Counted from the first letter of the stretch, positions 27,005 to 42,133 are shown. The stretch: 64,000 bases of DNA from Octopus vulgaris (GCA_951406725.2 OX597824.1:65348001-65412000); one strand, 5' to 3'. The notes: generated by a model not told the origin, from the letters alone. Numbers and translations are program-made.

Positions 27005-27660
27005 TTCTTCAGCATCTAAACTGGTCATATCTTGTCCATATTCTACCTGTTTTATATTAAAAAGACCAGATCTGGCCTCTTACACCTATAATGTCATTCT
27101 AAAAACAAACATCATGTTATCAAAATCTAGAAGCTACAAGATTAAAGTATGATTAATTCAAAACAATGTGAATAAATAAGCATTACACTTGACAGAGAGT
27201 AATCTGAATGCTAAAGGGTTAACCCTTTCGATACCAACCCAGCTGAAACTGCCTCTGGCTCTGTAGTACAAATGTCTTGTTTTCATAAGTTTTGAATTAA
27301 AATCTTCCACCAAACCTTCATTACAGTCTATGTTCCTAACAATAGCTGAATGATAGCTAAATTATTTTACTAAATTCTTTGTTATATTTAAAATTAATTG
27401 AAAGAAAATAAGAGCATCTGAAAAGAAAGACAGTAATGAAAGGGTTAAAGAGTGTTATTTACATATGCCATAACTGGCCCAAGTATTCTACCTATTTTAT
27501 GTTAAAATGGCCATATCTAGTTGCTTACAGTTACAATATCATTTTAAAAATAAACATCATATCCTCCCAATCTTGAAGCTACAAGATAATGCCTGATTAA
27601 TTCAAAACAATGGGAAGAAATAAGCATTACACTTGATAAAGTAATGTGAATGCTAAAGTG
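27005..27660. mobile_element. Cluster of three piggyBac-type MITEs (A 27005-27218, B 27223-27444, A ~27460-27660)
   Basis: TTAA at 27001, 27219, 27445 and 27661; ccctt/aaggg termini; internal similarity to 6094-6292 (family A) and to ~12450-12655 / ~36450-36673 (family B). Confidence 0.85.
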
Positions 27661-28424
27661 TTAAAAAATGTTTTTTACATATAACCTATCAGTAATTTAG
27701 AAGTTAGCAAAAAGGGTGTTATTTACATACAACCCATCAGTAATTTAGAAGTTAGCAAGATTTGTTGATAAAGTCAACAGTTGGAAAATGCAAGATATTT
27801 CAACAGTGATATTATTCACGGTATCTCCTCTTTCACTAAACTGGCATGACTATTATATGACTATCATTGTGCTTTTCAATTCAGGTGTGGTGATAGCTTA
27901 ATCTGTTAACCTATCTGGCCTTATTCTTTCTTTCAGCTAAAGAGCACCAAATTCTCACTTTTTACAAGGTCTCAAGTTAGTGTGGATATATAATCTGCCC
28001 TATACTTGACTGAAAAAGATAATTACATGATCAAAAGAATAACTGAAGTAATATGTTATTCTATCTGTCACTATCTTACACCATGTACTTTTCTGCCCTT
28101 GATTTTCTCTAGTGTTGAAGTTATGAAAACATTCATGTCTTTGTATATTACAAAAGTCTTAACTAGTTCTTTGTATTTTGGATAGCTGTACAAACAGTGT
28201 ATTAGTTGTCTACTTTTTAAAAAATTTATTACTTTTGTTTGTGTAATTGTTTTGTTTTGTTTTGATAAATTCACCATGCCTTTTAACAGCAATCTCTTAA
28301 TGATGTTGATAGTTAAATGAATACAAACTATATAAAGAGTGTCATTTAGTGCAAAATGGATGCGTATGCAAGTTATACTGAACTCCAAAACTTTTAGCTT
28401 ACTTCTTTTTTATCATTTATCATT

Positions 28425-28629
28425 TATCTTTTACTTCTTTCAGTCATTGGACTGTGGCTATGATGGGGCATTACCTTGAAGGGCTTAGTCAAACAAATTG
28501 ACCCTAGTCCTCTTTTTTAAACCTGATATTTATTCTGTCAGTCTCTTTTGCTGAACTGCTGTTATGGGGATGTAAGCAAACCAACACCAGTTGTCTAGTA
28601 ATGGTGGTGGTGAGGTTAAACATAACACT

Positions 28630-28677
<48 letters not shown>

Positions 28678-28862
28678 TGTATGTGTATATAAACAAATTA
28701 TGAATTTCTTTAAGTTTCCATCTACCAAATCCACTCAAAGGCTTTAATCAACTCAGGGCTATAGTAGAAGACACTTGCTCAAGGTGCTACACAGTGGGAC
28801 TGAACCCATGACCATAGGGTTGAAAAGCAAGATTCTTAAACATAGAGTCAAGCCTGCACCTG
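28425..28862 (-). mobile_element. SINE family A
   Basis: Reverse complement of the family A organisation (tctaccaaatccactc...gggactgaaccc). Confidence 0.85.
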
Positions 28863-29027
28863 TAACATAAACTTATGTAATTATTTAAAATTCAAATTTT
28901 TGTTGATGTTGTGTAAATGGTTAGTCTTAGTTCTGACCCATCTAACTGACAAGAGAGCATCCACCCAAACAATGTAAACCACATCACACTGAGATTTAAG
29001 CCCAATTATTTTTCACTGTAATTTTAA

Positions 29028-29245
29028 CCCTTTAGCATTCAGATTATTTTGTCAAATATAATGCATATTTATTCACATTGTTTTGAATTAATCATACCTA
29101 ACCTCATACTTTTGAGATTCGAAAGATGTCATTCAGTATTTTTAATGATATTGTAGTATAAGTGTGAGAGGCCAGATCAAGCCAGTTTGAATATAAAACA
29201 AGTAGAATATTTAGGCTGGATATGGTTGGTTCAAATGCTAAAAAG
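29028..29245. mobile_element. piggyBac-type MITE family A, opposite orientation
   Basis: TTAA|ccctttagcattcaga...aatgctaaaaag|TTAA; reverse complement of the 27005-27218 body. Confidence 0.8.
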
Positions 29246-30287
29246 TTAAATTAATGAAATCTGAATGATCATCTGAATTCTCGTTATAAAATCAGCACTC
29301 ATTTCTAGATCCAATTAATATATATTATCTCACCAAACATTTGAACAGAGATATAATGTATTGTTTGTAGTAAGCCACAAGCTAATAATCAGAAAGTTGA
29401 CACTTTGATGCTGTAAATATTTACAATTAATTACATGTTGTAATTGGTATGTTGGACTTAAGTTTTGCGAAATGTGTTCAGCTCTGTGTTAATAATAACT
29501 TGCAGATAATCCATGAAGATATTTGTTATTTAATCACAGATTCAGCTTGAAATATATTACCAATAATGATTATTATGTCTATGAACAACAGTTAAATAAC
29601 GTGTGTTTCTGCTATATTGCCATTATATTTTTATAATAGATATACATTCACATCTATAATATATATGTTAATTGGATCTAGAGATGAGTACTGATTTTGT
29701 AACGAGAATTCAGATGATCAATTTTATGATAGGCTCTGAAGTATCAACAAGTATCAACATTATGACTGGAACATTAATGCTGACTTTATAACCAGAACTG
29801 TCATTGCTAGGTTTATGATGAGATGATTTGGTATCAAGATGATATTAAAGCACCGTATTTTCCTCACCTGTTTGTTAATCTGCAGTAGTAAATTCCTTCT
29901 CTCTCATTATATTTATGCATGAATAGCACAACACAAAACCAGACACTGACAAACTAATATCACTCTTTCTCTCAACCCCGCTCTCAATTTATATTGCAGC
30001 TTCAATCTGTTGTTATTCAAATGAATAGTGCTGCTATAATTTGAGGTCTAGCTAATAACACTCAGCTCAGAATTATTTTTATCTAAATGAGCCAAAGAAA
30101 GAGTAGCTCAGAGCTAAATGTGTGTGTGCATGTGTGTGTATGCATGTTAGCATTGCTGTTTTGTTAATGAGTTCTCTTTGCAACAATGTGGTTCTGGGTT
30201 TGATTTCACTGCACAGCCTTTTGGACAAGTGTCTTCTACTAAAACCTCAAGTTGACCAATAACTTATGAGTAGAATTTTGTTGAAAA

Positions 30288-30439
30288 CAGGCATGGCTGT
30301 GTGATAAGAAGCTTGCTTCCTAATCACATGGTTATGGGTTCAGTCCCACTGCAAAGCAGCTTGGGCAAGTGTCTTCTACTATAGCCTCAGGTCAACCAAA
30401 GCCTTGTGAGTGAATTTGGTAGACGGAAACTGAAGCCCA

Positions 30440-30472
<33 letters not shown>

Positions 30473-30741
30473 CGCGCGTGTATGTGTGTGTGCGTGTGCG
30501 TGCGCGTGTATGTGTGTGTGTTTCTGTCTATGTTTGTTCCTCCACCATCGCTTGACAACCGATGTTGGTGTGTTTATGTCCTTGTATCTTAGTGGTTCGG
30601 CAAAAGTGACTGATAGAACAAGTACTAAGCTTACAGAGAATAAGTCTTGGGGTTGATTTGTTTGACTAAAGCCCTTTAAGGTGGTGCTCCAGTATGGCCA
30701 CAGTCAAATGACTGAAACAAAAAAGTAAAAAAGAAAAAAAG
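30288..30741 (+). mobile_element. SINE family A
   Basis: Full head-to-tail match with family A. Confidence 0.88.
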
Positions 30742-33164
30742 ATATGTGGAAGTCTGCACTTATGTGTGCATTTGTGTGTGTGATTACTTTTGCACTGATC
30801 TAGGAACCAGTGCTGTTGTTTATGTAGTGTACATTTTCTGTAGGCTTCAGTGCTCTCTAGGACGGGTCTTAACTTTGATCTTGTAGCATTAAGTTATTGA
30901 TAAACAGCTTTCCATTGATAAAATATCAGTCTATTGCAAATGGGTGCCAATCATAAGGCCAAATGTGAGTAGTCTGAATTTCAAATGAACCATATAATCA
31001 AACTATCAAAAGATCAAAGCTCTAAATTTTGAAATATTTAAGGAGGAATAATAAGAAAGATGGTCTTAAAAGACGTAAGTTTACAGTTTTAAAAAGTAGT
31101 TTATTTGGAAAAATGTAACATTTTAGTACAAGGCCAGCAGCTTTGGGGAAGAGGCTAAGTTGATCTCATTATCACCAGTGTTCAGCTGGTACTTATTATA
31201 CTGACTGCAAAAAGATGAAAGGCAAAGTTGACCTTAGTGGAATTTGAACACTAAGTAGTTTATTTGAAAAAAGTATGTTGCAGAGATATAATATCAAAGA
31301 CATAAATGAAAACTTAAATAGTTTATCTAAAATTTCCATTCTTCAAATATTTTTTATTATAGTCCATATTTTCTTTTGGTACAAATATACTAAACATTAG
31401 TAAAAAAAAAAATGGCTTGAATTGTATATTAGCTTCACACTGCAAAGAGTTGAAAAAGGAGATAAACAAATGCATGAGCTTCACACTAGTGTATCAAAAT
31501 TAAACGCATTGATATTTTTAGATGCCAGATGTACCGAAAATCCATTTAAATTAAGACTCTCATCTACATATGTTATTAATGTAACCTCCTCCCACTCCTA
31601 CACTGTTTCGTATTAAATCTCTCTTCATTCATAAAGGTGTTGCTTAATCCATCATTACAAATTCAAGAAGCCACTAATCTGATTATCAATGACTGCTTTC
31701 TGTATTAAATACTAGAATAAACATACTGTCTTAAAGATAGCATATTTGGCATTGAGACTTGTATTTTGTATGTTACAATTAATTTTAGCCATGATCATCC
31801 CACTATTTTAGAAGTTTGTAGGATTACATTATTAAATATATCCTTTCTTTATTTCTGGCATGCTGAACAATTGTATAGTGTGCCTTATTGATTTATAATC
31901 TTTGCATGTTTATACAGTATGTGTGTGTGTGTATGTGTGTGTGTGTGTGCATGCATGTGTACAGATGTAGATAAGTGTAAAAAGAAAAGAGCATTTGATA
32001 TTTTATGTAGAGCAAGTTGGCAAGCTGGCAGAATTATAAGTATGCTGGGCAAAATGTTTAATGGCATTTTGTGTGTCTTCACATTCTGCATTCAAATTCC
32101 ACTAAGTTCAGCTGTGCCTTTTGTCTTTTTGCAGTCAGTAAAATAAGTACCAGCTGAACACTGGGGATGATGAGATCGACTTAGCCTCTTCCCCAAAACT
32201 GCTGGCCTTGTACCAAAATTTGAAACCAATATCTTATGTAATGTATTTATTCATGTAATTTAGCAGCCAATGACTCTCATGGGCATCACCTGGTGTTTCT
32301 GAGGCCAGCAGGTATGTGTTCATATGTATAGGAACTTCTGAAAGATTGTGGGAGCCATTTTCTTTGTACACTGATGTACTTGTGTGTGTGTGTGTGTGTG
32401 TGTGTAATTTTGCCAACTTACGTTGCTATAGCAGACACACTGGCCCACCCCATCACAAAGTTCACCAAATGCAATCCACCCCATTGCCATTGTTACTTTG
32501 TTCCCTGCCACTACTCCTTTATGCTAACCCCTAACCTCACTCTTCCCCTTTACTCTCTATATCTGAACAACAATATGGGTAAGACTATTTATACAGTAAT
32601 TAAAAATGAGTTACTAGTTGTTTGTCTCACACTTAGCTGTTTAAGACTGATGTCCTAACCTGGGCCAAAATAATGTAAAGTTAAGAATTAGTTTTAGTGG
32701 GAACATTAACAAAAATTCCAGATTTAGATGTTAGAATGTAAGAATATTCATCTACAGTGTTATGAAAGACCTCTGAAAGGATGTCTATTTTGTTTGTAGT
32801 GGTGGTGGTGATGGGGGAAACCCTTCAAAAGTACAACTTTGATCTGGTGATGTACTGTTTGAGATGCATAAACCAGGTGCTGAATTATTCAAATTTGCTT
32901 CTAGTTTTTGTATGTGATAGTAGATGTAGCATAGTGTAAGATTTGTGTTGACTATATAAAGCAGTTGTTTTTAACTTGGATGGCAACATCTCATTAGGGG
33001 CTTTGTGAGCTCACAAGGAGCTTGCAAATGTCGAGCAACATTATGGAGGGAGATGGAACACTGGGGGTTTTGTTGGAACGAGAATGTAAATCAGAAATTG
33101 TGTTGACAGTGAGCAGAAAACAAAATTGATTATGTACCCAAGGTGCAGTATAATTTCATTATAT

Positions 33165-34033
33165 CTGACGATATGAAGTTCTTGAGAAGACCCACCCACG
33201 TCAGCGAAACTGAATTCTAAAAGCGCTGTGTATCCCGCCCACACTTAAGAAGAAAATTTCTCATACACTCTACCACAACAAACCAAGCTACATCTCTTCT
33301 CTTCCTCAAATTTCCACTTCATGCACTAGGCTTACCTTCCACTCCCTAATCCTGTCCTCTTGGCCCTGTGCCACTCTGTATCATTGCTATCTGTTAGCTT
33401 CTGACCTGCACGTTCCACCCATGACCTGTTTCACTGGGTTATTGTGTATGCCTGGCACTTTGCTACTATCTCTATCCTACTGTCTCCTTCTCTCTCTCTC
33501 TTTCTCCTGCACTTCCCTCAGGTTGGGTAACCATGTGTTTCCTTTGCAGCAGCACATCTGTTTCTCTCTTCATTCCTGATCTCTCTCTCTCTGGCTGGGT
33601 AACATTGTACCTCCTCTACAGCAAGACACCTGTTTCTATCTCTCTGCTTCACTATAACCTTTTATCATCTGACACTAGATCACCTCCTCCAATGCCCTCT
33701 CCCTTCTCAAAAGAGGCTTTTTTTTTTGTCTTGGTGACTCTGTCAGTACAGGTGCCACTTAAAAGTACCCAGTCCACACTGTAAAGTGGTTGGTGTTTAG
33801 AAGGGTATCCAATTGTAAAAACCTTGCCAAAACTGACCTCACCTGTGCTTGTGCCACATAAAAAGCACTAAGTCCACTTTGCTGAGTGGTTGGTGTTAGG
33901 AAGGGCATCCAGCTGTAAAAACCCTGCCAAAACAGTTACAGAAGTCTGGGCCAGGCTTCTGCCTGGCTGGCTCTTGTCAAACCGTCCTACCCATGCTAAC
34001 ATGGAAGGTAAACGTTAAATGATGATGATGATG
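33165..34033 (+). mobile_element. RTE LINE 3' UTR copy (same subfamily as ~4010-4913)
   Basis: Colinear with ~4010-4913 (gagaagacc...cccgcccacacttaa...aaaacagttacagaagtctgg); (GAT)n tail. Confidence 0.85.
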
Positions 34034-35433
34034 AACTCCTCACCTTCTTTAGTAATTTCCATAAAAGTTTAACGTAGGTGATGCCAATCCCTGCAAATAT
34101 CTAAAAAGAGACACATACTGGATTGGATACTGTAAGAAAGTATGGATAAACCACTGTATACAATTAGCTTCTTTTGATTAAAATATTCTGTTTTTTCCCT
34201 TCTTCCTTTTTTGCACCATTCGGTGAAAGGGGGTACTCATTTACAAAAGGTCAACACCTATTAGAATAAATAATATCACGTAGAATTGTTTTAATTTAAG
34301 CAGACTTGTGTCCTCCACTTTTGAATCATTAAATACAAACCTTAATGAGTTGCTAATGTTATACAATTTGAGGCCTAAGTAAGATCTTTATGAAAGGTTA
34401 AATATAAAGAAAGTACTGCAAAGCACCATTGCTCACTACCTAAAATATGAAAGTATAATGATTATTGTTTCCAGTAACTAGGTCAAATTCAGATTAACTT
34501 AGCAGTTTGGAAGATGATGGTTTATGCTTATGAAGAATTCCAAAGATTTAAACATAAAGAAGCCAACTAGATCATGAGTGTACAAGTGTACTGTCCACTA
34601 TTATAGAAATAACTCTATCAGTATAAATAGCAAATACTCAAATCATTCCTTATATACAAAGTCTGCAGAATTAAATTGTCTGTCAAAGATATGTTGTAAG
34701 AGCCATTCATTTAGATATGAAATCTAAAGATAAATTGATTAGGAAAGAATTGTGCATGAAAAATAGACAAAAAGGATGAGTGGTTATTTTTTTGTTCATA
34801 AATTGGAATAGATTGCTTGCTGATCAAACAAAAATTCCATCTGACAACTAAACTGTTTGTATTTAAAAATACTCCTACTCAACTATGATTTGACAATCAT
34901 CTCTCCTTCTGTCTCTCGATTGTGTATACACAGACACATAGACATACACACGCATGTGTGTGTAAATACATATGTGTGTACTCGTACTAGCTGAAGTATA
35001 TTTAGACATCAAGATCAGTTTTTCCATACTAAGAAGTATTGGATTGTTCTTGGAATTCAAGCATTTATATATGTATATGGCTATAAATGGAATGTTCAAT
35101 GACAGTCAGATTAACCAATGGATTAACCAATGAAAATGATAGGTAACCCACAAAGGAATGTAAATGTAAATTTGAATATTTGTTGGTCCCTTGAAAGATA
35201 GTAGAAAGCATAGTTCAAGTAGTGGTCAAAACCCCAGTTTAAATAAATATATGAAGAAATTCTCCACTATGTCCTGAGTACAATCTTCTGACTTTATTTA
35301 CAAACTATAACATGTATATTTGTGTGTGTGTGTTTGTTATACACACACTAACTTCTCTGGTCCCTTTATGTTGGCTCCATTTTATTTGTCATGGTGTGTG
35401 TCTGTGTACTTCCTTCTATGTCCCTTTTTTTCC

Positions 35434-35484
<51 letters not shown>

Positions 35485-36449
35485 TAATCTGTCCTTAATA
35501 AAGTAATGAAGAACAAAGAAAAAAACCTAACCTACCACTTTTTCTTCTTTTGCCTTTTTAACTCTAATCAAATCCCTTTTATTAAAACTTAATGTCCCAA
35601 TTGCACCATAACAAAGTTTCTTTTCTCCCAAACCACAAAGTTTTCAATATAAAATAAATAATAAGAGAGAAAAGGCTCCCGAACAATAAAACTGTTTTGA
35701 GAAAAAACTTCAGTGTGACACTTTACTGAACTTTTACTGTAAGTATCCCCCAGAACATATATGGTGGCTTGAATGTTGGCTAAGGATTTAATTGTTCTCC
35801 TTCTACTACCTGAAATCTGACAGGTGGTCAAGTTGCTGATTGACAAGTACCCCCTTCCACCTTTGCCTCCTTGCCTCCCTTTAAATCTAATTGGTAGGAT
35901 TAACAGTGACTTAGATTAAGATGTAAATACATGAATGTATGGACATGAGCCTAATATATACATGTATTCATGTTTGTGTATTTTGCTGGATGTGTGTATG
36001 TGTGTGTGTGTATGTATGTGTGTGTGTGTATGTATGTGTGTGTGTGTGTGTGTACATATATCTACAAACATGGAGATTCATGCTTACGTATGTATAGAGC
36101 TGCAGATGTGTGTGTGTGTGTGTGCACGTGCCTGTGTACACATGTTTATATATCTACAAGTATGCAAAATTCATAATTATGTGTGTACAGCTGCATATAA
36201 AATAAAGAATAACAATGAATAGATGTAGAAAGACAGATTAATATAGTATTACAATAGATTGAGAAAATATATGTTGTTAGGGTCAGTGAGTAAAGTCAGT
36301 TATTAAAAATGTTCAAGCCAAGTTTGTCATAAGAACTGTTTGTTGCCTTGTGTTTTTTTTTTCTTGGTTTTCCTCTTCATCTGAACATGAAGTGTTGTTG
36401 TTGGGCTGGAAGTAAAATTTCCCAGGATTCTGGATTTTATCTAGTTTAA

Positions 36450-36673
36450 AACCCTTTTGATATCAACTTGTCTTGAAAAGACCCTTGGTTCAATGAGACA
36501 AACTTTCCATTTTAAAGTGATTTGAATTAAATGTTCCACCAAAATTTCATGTTAATTTTTGTTCTAAACACCAGTTTAATAATATCAAAGTTATTTTATT
36601 AAATTTTTCTTTATTTTCATTATTAATTAAGCTAAAGACAATGTATTTCAGCAGGAATATTGTAACAAAAGAG
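36450..36673. mobile_element. piggyBac-type MITE family B (another copy at ~12450-12655)
   Basis: cccttttgatatcaac...gtaacaaaagag|TTAA, similar to 27223-27444. Confidence 0.7.
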
Positions 36674-39600
36674 TTAATCAGCTTATACAATCTCTAAGTA
36701 GCCATTCAATGATTTGCTGGTTATCTTGAGTTCCAGTAATTTTGCATTTAATCTGGTTAAATACAACATTGAAAGCAAGACAATGGTTTGTTCTGTGAAT
36801 TACCATCATTGCGCTAATGTTAATTTGTTGAAGTAGATTTTCTATAAGCAGCTGCCCTTCATATCACCAACCCTTACCTGTTTCCAAGCAAAGTAATACT
36901 TTCTCTATGACAAGACAAGTTTCCATGGAAGATTGGAAATGAATGACATTATTTGTATAACAGTGACACTAGTTTACAACTATTGTGCAATACTGAGAGA
37001 GAGAGAGAGGCTTCATCCAGTTTCTGTTTACCAAATCTTGTAATAGGGCTTTGGTCAACCTGAGTCTGTAGTTGAAGGTACTTGCACAACATGCCATACA
37101 TGAATCACATGGTTCCAGGAATGAACCTGAAACCATGTGGTTGGAAAGCAAACTTCTTGACTGCAACAACCATGTCCATACCTCATAGGTTTGCCTGATC
37201 TGAATTTGATAAAGAAGATGAAAATATAATCTCATTGAGACTGTTTCCAGATAAATGACCTAGACTAAAATCATAGTTATTAAGAAGCTATAAAGTTTCA
37301 CAAGTAATTCCACAAGTAAGATGTGTGAAACTGTACCTTCATATAAGAACTGAGCAAACTTTTGCCCAATTTGATGCAATTTAAAAATTGGGGATTAAAA
37401 AAGAAAAGGAAAAACACTGTAGCAATATCATAATAATGGTATTTCTTCACTTCTTATGTGGCTCACTGCCTTGGTCAAGTTGATAGCTTGTGAGCCACAG
37501 AGGGAGACCTGTAGTAGTTTGATCTGCTACAAATAGTTGCTAATTGTCCTGCAAATTACACCTTTCCATCATAAATAGGGCAGGACATTAGGTAATGTAG
37601 TTCTTGATAAAGTGTCAAAAAATAAGACCAGTTTGTCATGGATGTAGTGATTTTGATCATAATAAGTCAGCTCAGAGCTTTGGCTAAGCAATACAATGGT
37701 TTAGTATTAGCAATGCCAGTTCTTGTCTTACTTTAGAGCTTTGCTGTATCAGAGGCTGTCTTTTTTTCACTTGTTTAGCTCTTAAGTCAACCTTTATTGA
37801 AAAAAACCCATGTTTCTTAGTTCTTTAATTTGTGTTAGCTATCATGGCTGATGATATGCTGGAGCACTGCCTTAAAAAGCATTCTAACCATCATCATGCT
37901 GTCTTTTATATAATAGGTATTCCATTGTCTGGTTTGGTCATTCTGTTTTAAAATGATCAGGTGTGATTTGAAGAAGATTTGGTGTTTATTTCTAGCAAGT
38001 TGAGTGCACACAAAGAAGCCCCCTCAGTGGCTTTTTACCTCTTTGTGTTTGTGTGTGTTTCTGCTTTTAAAGTGTTTGTTTGTGTGTGTTTCTGTATTTA
38101 AAGTGTTTGTTTATTTGTTAATGTGCCAGCAATCTGACATCCCGTTTGTTTGTTTTTAACCAAAAGTTCACTCTATTATTTACTGAACTTATGTTTTCAC
38201 TTGTGTATTTTGAGAATGGGGAAAATGGATTAGAACAAATGTAAAAATCAAAATCAACATTGTTTTTAGAGAAGTTTCTATTATTTTGTTGTTAGGCTTG
38301 TTTTAAGCTAGTATTTAATACGTTCAGAGTTGTGTCAAATAACTTACTAGATGACATTTGTGTGTATACAACAGAGTTCTGTAATTGCTATCATACTAAT
38401 AAAACACCAGACAGTTACTTAATCTGTTTCAGATTTATTTATTTATTTGTTTGTAGCCATTATGCTTTTCTGCTCAATCTCAATTTTAAAATATCTGAAG
38501 TGAAATATTAGATCTTGTGAAATCTTTGCTTAATAACAAGAACAGTTGTGATACTGTATTAAAAAAAAGAAAGAAAGAAAACAAAAATATCTTCATTTTT
38601 GTTTTTCTTATAACATAATCATACAAAAAACATCTGACTGATGATAGCTGTTGACAAACCAGTTTCTTATTACTTATTAATCCTTTTTTGAAAAATGTCA
38701 AAATTGGATGTAAGGTCCTTTATAATTTTTAAGGTAACATTTATGGGTGGTTGTTTCATATTTCAAGGGTTGGCATATACAGTGCACAGCATAAGGTATG
38801 TATTTGCAATGCATTGGTTTTAGAATACAAATTATTTCCTTCTGGTGTTGAATGGTCAACAGGTTGAAATGCCTCATATGGCTAGTATTTCTATTTTTTA
38901 TTTATTAAGAGTTTTGGTGTGATATTTTAGTATGTAGCACAGAAATATGATTGTAGTATTAAGGCATCAGTTTTAGTTGTTATTTCAGCAAGTTGAGGAA
39001 TTATATAAATTGTGCATGACCTACCAAAGGAGCTTCTCTATAAGATTATATGACCTACTAGAAATAGCAGTCAGTTAATACTCTACAGAGGTGCAGAAGT
39101 GATAAACATGCTCAACCTCTGTCTTTGTAATTCTCTTTTTGCAATTATCTTTTGTAGCTGTCCTAAATAAAAGATACAAACTTCAAAATGTATAATGTTC
39201 TTAATAAATATTTTGTTCAAAGTGTAGTCTCTAATATGCTTAGATATGATGCTTCCTCAGCAATAAGTTATTCAAAAGATATTATTCTTAAAAAAAAAAG
39301 AGTAGTATTTAGTTTAAAACAAAATAAATCCTTTCCACTGGTTTAAAGGGCTTTATTCTTTATATCATAGATAAATAGCTTTATAAAAGACTCTTTCTCA
39401 AAGAAAATATGTCAGCTTCCATTACAGCAAGATTTGATGGCATTCTTCTACATTGAATTACATTATCTCAAAATAAATCCATTTTACTCAGCTTTGCAGA
39501 CTGAACTTCATTCTCATCTCTTTCAGGATTTTCTTTTCCATTTCTTTCATTCTTTTACTTTGTCATATATATTTATACATTTATTTTTATTTTGTTGTTA

Positions 39601-40028
39601 TTTTTCAAAATTCCTGTCCCATTTAACAATAGCAGTCTTGATTGATTGAAAGCAGATTATTAAGCTCTAAACATGATTTCCCAGTAAATTATAGATCGCT
39701 AAATTACTCTCATTTTGATAGAAATTGTATTGCAAAATTTGTTCATGCTTTTATTAACTTATTTACTTTGTTGTTTATGATGACACTGATGATCATGAGG
39801 ATGGAGATAATGGTGGTAGTGATGGTGATGATAGCAATGAGAGAGAGAAGGGGAGAGAGAGATGATTGAGGTGTTGATTGTAGTAGTGATGCTATTGATA
39901 AAATGCTATAATGAGACTTCAGTGATAAAATTCTATATTTATCATGCCAAGCCATCTGAGAGATGTAATTATTGTGTGTTTATGTATGTGTATATGAATG
40001 TGTGTGTATGTGTGTGTATATATATGTA

Positions 40029-40460
40029 TATCATCATCATCATCATCATAATCATCATCGTTTAACGTCTGCTTTCCATGCTAGCATGGGTTGGATGATT
40101 TGACTGAGGACTGGCGAACCAGATGGCTGCACCAGGCCCCAATCTTGATCTGGCAGAGTTTCTACAGCTGGATGCCCTTCCTAATGCCAACCACTCTGAG
40201 AGTATAGTGGGTGCTTTTACGTGCTATCGGCATGAGGGCCAGTCAGGCGGTATTGGCAATGGCTACGAAAAAATCGTGCTTTTTTACGTGCCACCTGCAC
40301 ACCGGCACAAGTACCAGTGAGGTGACACTGGTAATGATCACACTTGAATGGTGCTTTTTACGTGCCACTGGCATGAACGCCAGTTAGTCGCTCTGGCAAC
40401 GATCATGCTTGGATGGTGCTCTTAGTGCTCCACTAGCATGGATGCCTGTCATTGAATTTG

Positions 40461-40465
<5 letters not shown>
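40029..40465 (-). mobile_element. RTE LINE 3' end or RTE-tail element
   Basis: (CAT)n followed by the reverse complement of the RTE tail (tttccatgctagcatgggttgg...ggatgcccttcctaa...ggtgcttttacgtgc repeats). Confidence 0.85.
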
Positions 40466-40518
<53 letters not shown>

Positions 40519-41958
40519 CATTGTAGAATGAATTATCAAAAGTGATGATGGTTGTATAAGGTGATGTTTGTAGTAGTACTGCTGGTAGTGAAGTGATCCA
40601 ATTGTGGCGTTGTTGAAAATAAAGCTGTTCACATATAGATAGGCTGAGATAAATAAAATATATTTTGACCAAAGTACTGATCGTTGTGGTTTTATTGATG
40701 ACATAAATTTTACTATCTTGTTATCACATAATGTCTATAAAGATATGGCGATGTAGCTCAACTCACTTGGCTTTTGTTTTCCAGAAACTCATATATTTAT
40801 CATTAGTCAGACTCGGTTAGATAACCTATGACTTAATATAAGCTATGTTTAGAGTGAAACTATACCTGGGATTAATGTAGACAGAAAGCCTGCTTAGTTG
40901 TGATATTTGATGCTGTGATAGGCTTATGATATCTCTGATTCACATAAAACCAATTCCCTGTTTGTTAAAGTCATCAGTGTTATTTTTTTGATACTTTCTT
41001 TGAAACTATTATCCATTGTTCCCTTTAATAATTTTCATACAGTTGACAAAAATGCTACACTCTTTATATTATCTCTTATTCCATCCAACAGTTTTTATGA
41101 GTTTAAATCTCATCATTGTTACCTCACCATTTCATCTCTCTAGAGCTGATAAAATTAGTACTAATAATATACAAGGATTGAGCCAGTTTATTCAGTTTAG
41201 TGAATTGATGTTTGAAGCTTCAGATGTTACCAGGGATATATATTTTTTTTTTTGTTGTGTCTGTGGAGAATTCGATAAAATAAGTACCAGGCTAAGGTAC
41301 TTGCTTATATATCCCTGTCCCTTGAGGCATTGTTGTAACATAAGTAACTACCATTTATTTATCTTTAATTTTTGTCAATAGTTGCACACAGAAAATATAT
41401 TGACCATGTTCACTATTACTAGAAGGCTTAGAGAGCATCAAGTGTCTAAACTTCTGAGATGAGTTACTATTAATACTATTAATTAATCATATTATATTAA
41501 TTATATTATTAATTTTTCAGTTGAGATGAAAAAGTTTTTAATATTTACATCTGCACTATATTTCATTTGGTTTGTACTAGGTATATATCCAGGAATAAGA
41601 TGCTTGATGACAAGCAGTGATCAAATTGATCAATATGTAGTAACATAGATATAAAATAAAAATTTCTAACATTGATACAAGTTGGAAAATTTGGGGAGAA
41701 GGATAGTGTTGATTAAAATAATTCCGCTACTTGCCTGGAAAGACGTAAGTCAAAGTTTAACTTTGTTGAATTTTAACTCAAAATGGTAGAGAGCTGCAGC
41801 AATACACTGCAAGGTATTTTGTTTGATACTCTAATGATTTTTCCAACTTACCTCCTTCTTTGGAATAAATATTATAAATGTTTCATCTCTAAAAATATTG
41901 ATAATAGTTTCAAAATTTTTACTTATAGTAAGTCATTTGTTTGTATTTCTCTCTTCAG

Positions 41959-42133
41959 GTGATGCCATTTGATGACAACTTGTGTGTGATGGAACCATGT
42001 ATTAACTTTGAAGTGTGTATGACACGTCTCCTTAGTGGCAGTGCTGCACCGTTCATCAAGTCTGATTCAATGCTTTTTCGACCAATTCACTCTAACAATG
42101 GATACCAGTGCCGGTGTCCAAAGGGTTTTACAG
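41959..42133 (+). CDS. CELSR: CELSR/Flamingo internal exon: EGF-like 1 (phase 0 to 1, 175 bp)
   Basis: ctcttcag| acceptor, acag|gtaaaa donor. VMPFDDNLCVMEPCINFEVCMTRLLSGSAAPFIKSDSMLFRPIHSNNGYQCRCPKGFTG matches the CELSR signature VLPFDDNICLREPC...LFRPIHP..GLRCRCPPGFTG. Phase joins the previous exon. Confidence 0.97.

Noticed and set aside
32962-34156. hAT-like MITE split by the RTE insertion (cagttgttttt...aaaccactg)
   Set aside because: The termini are suggestive but no convincing 8-bp TSD was found; not called.
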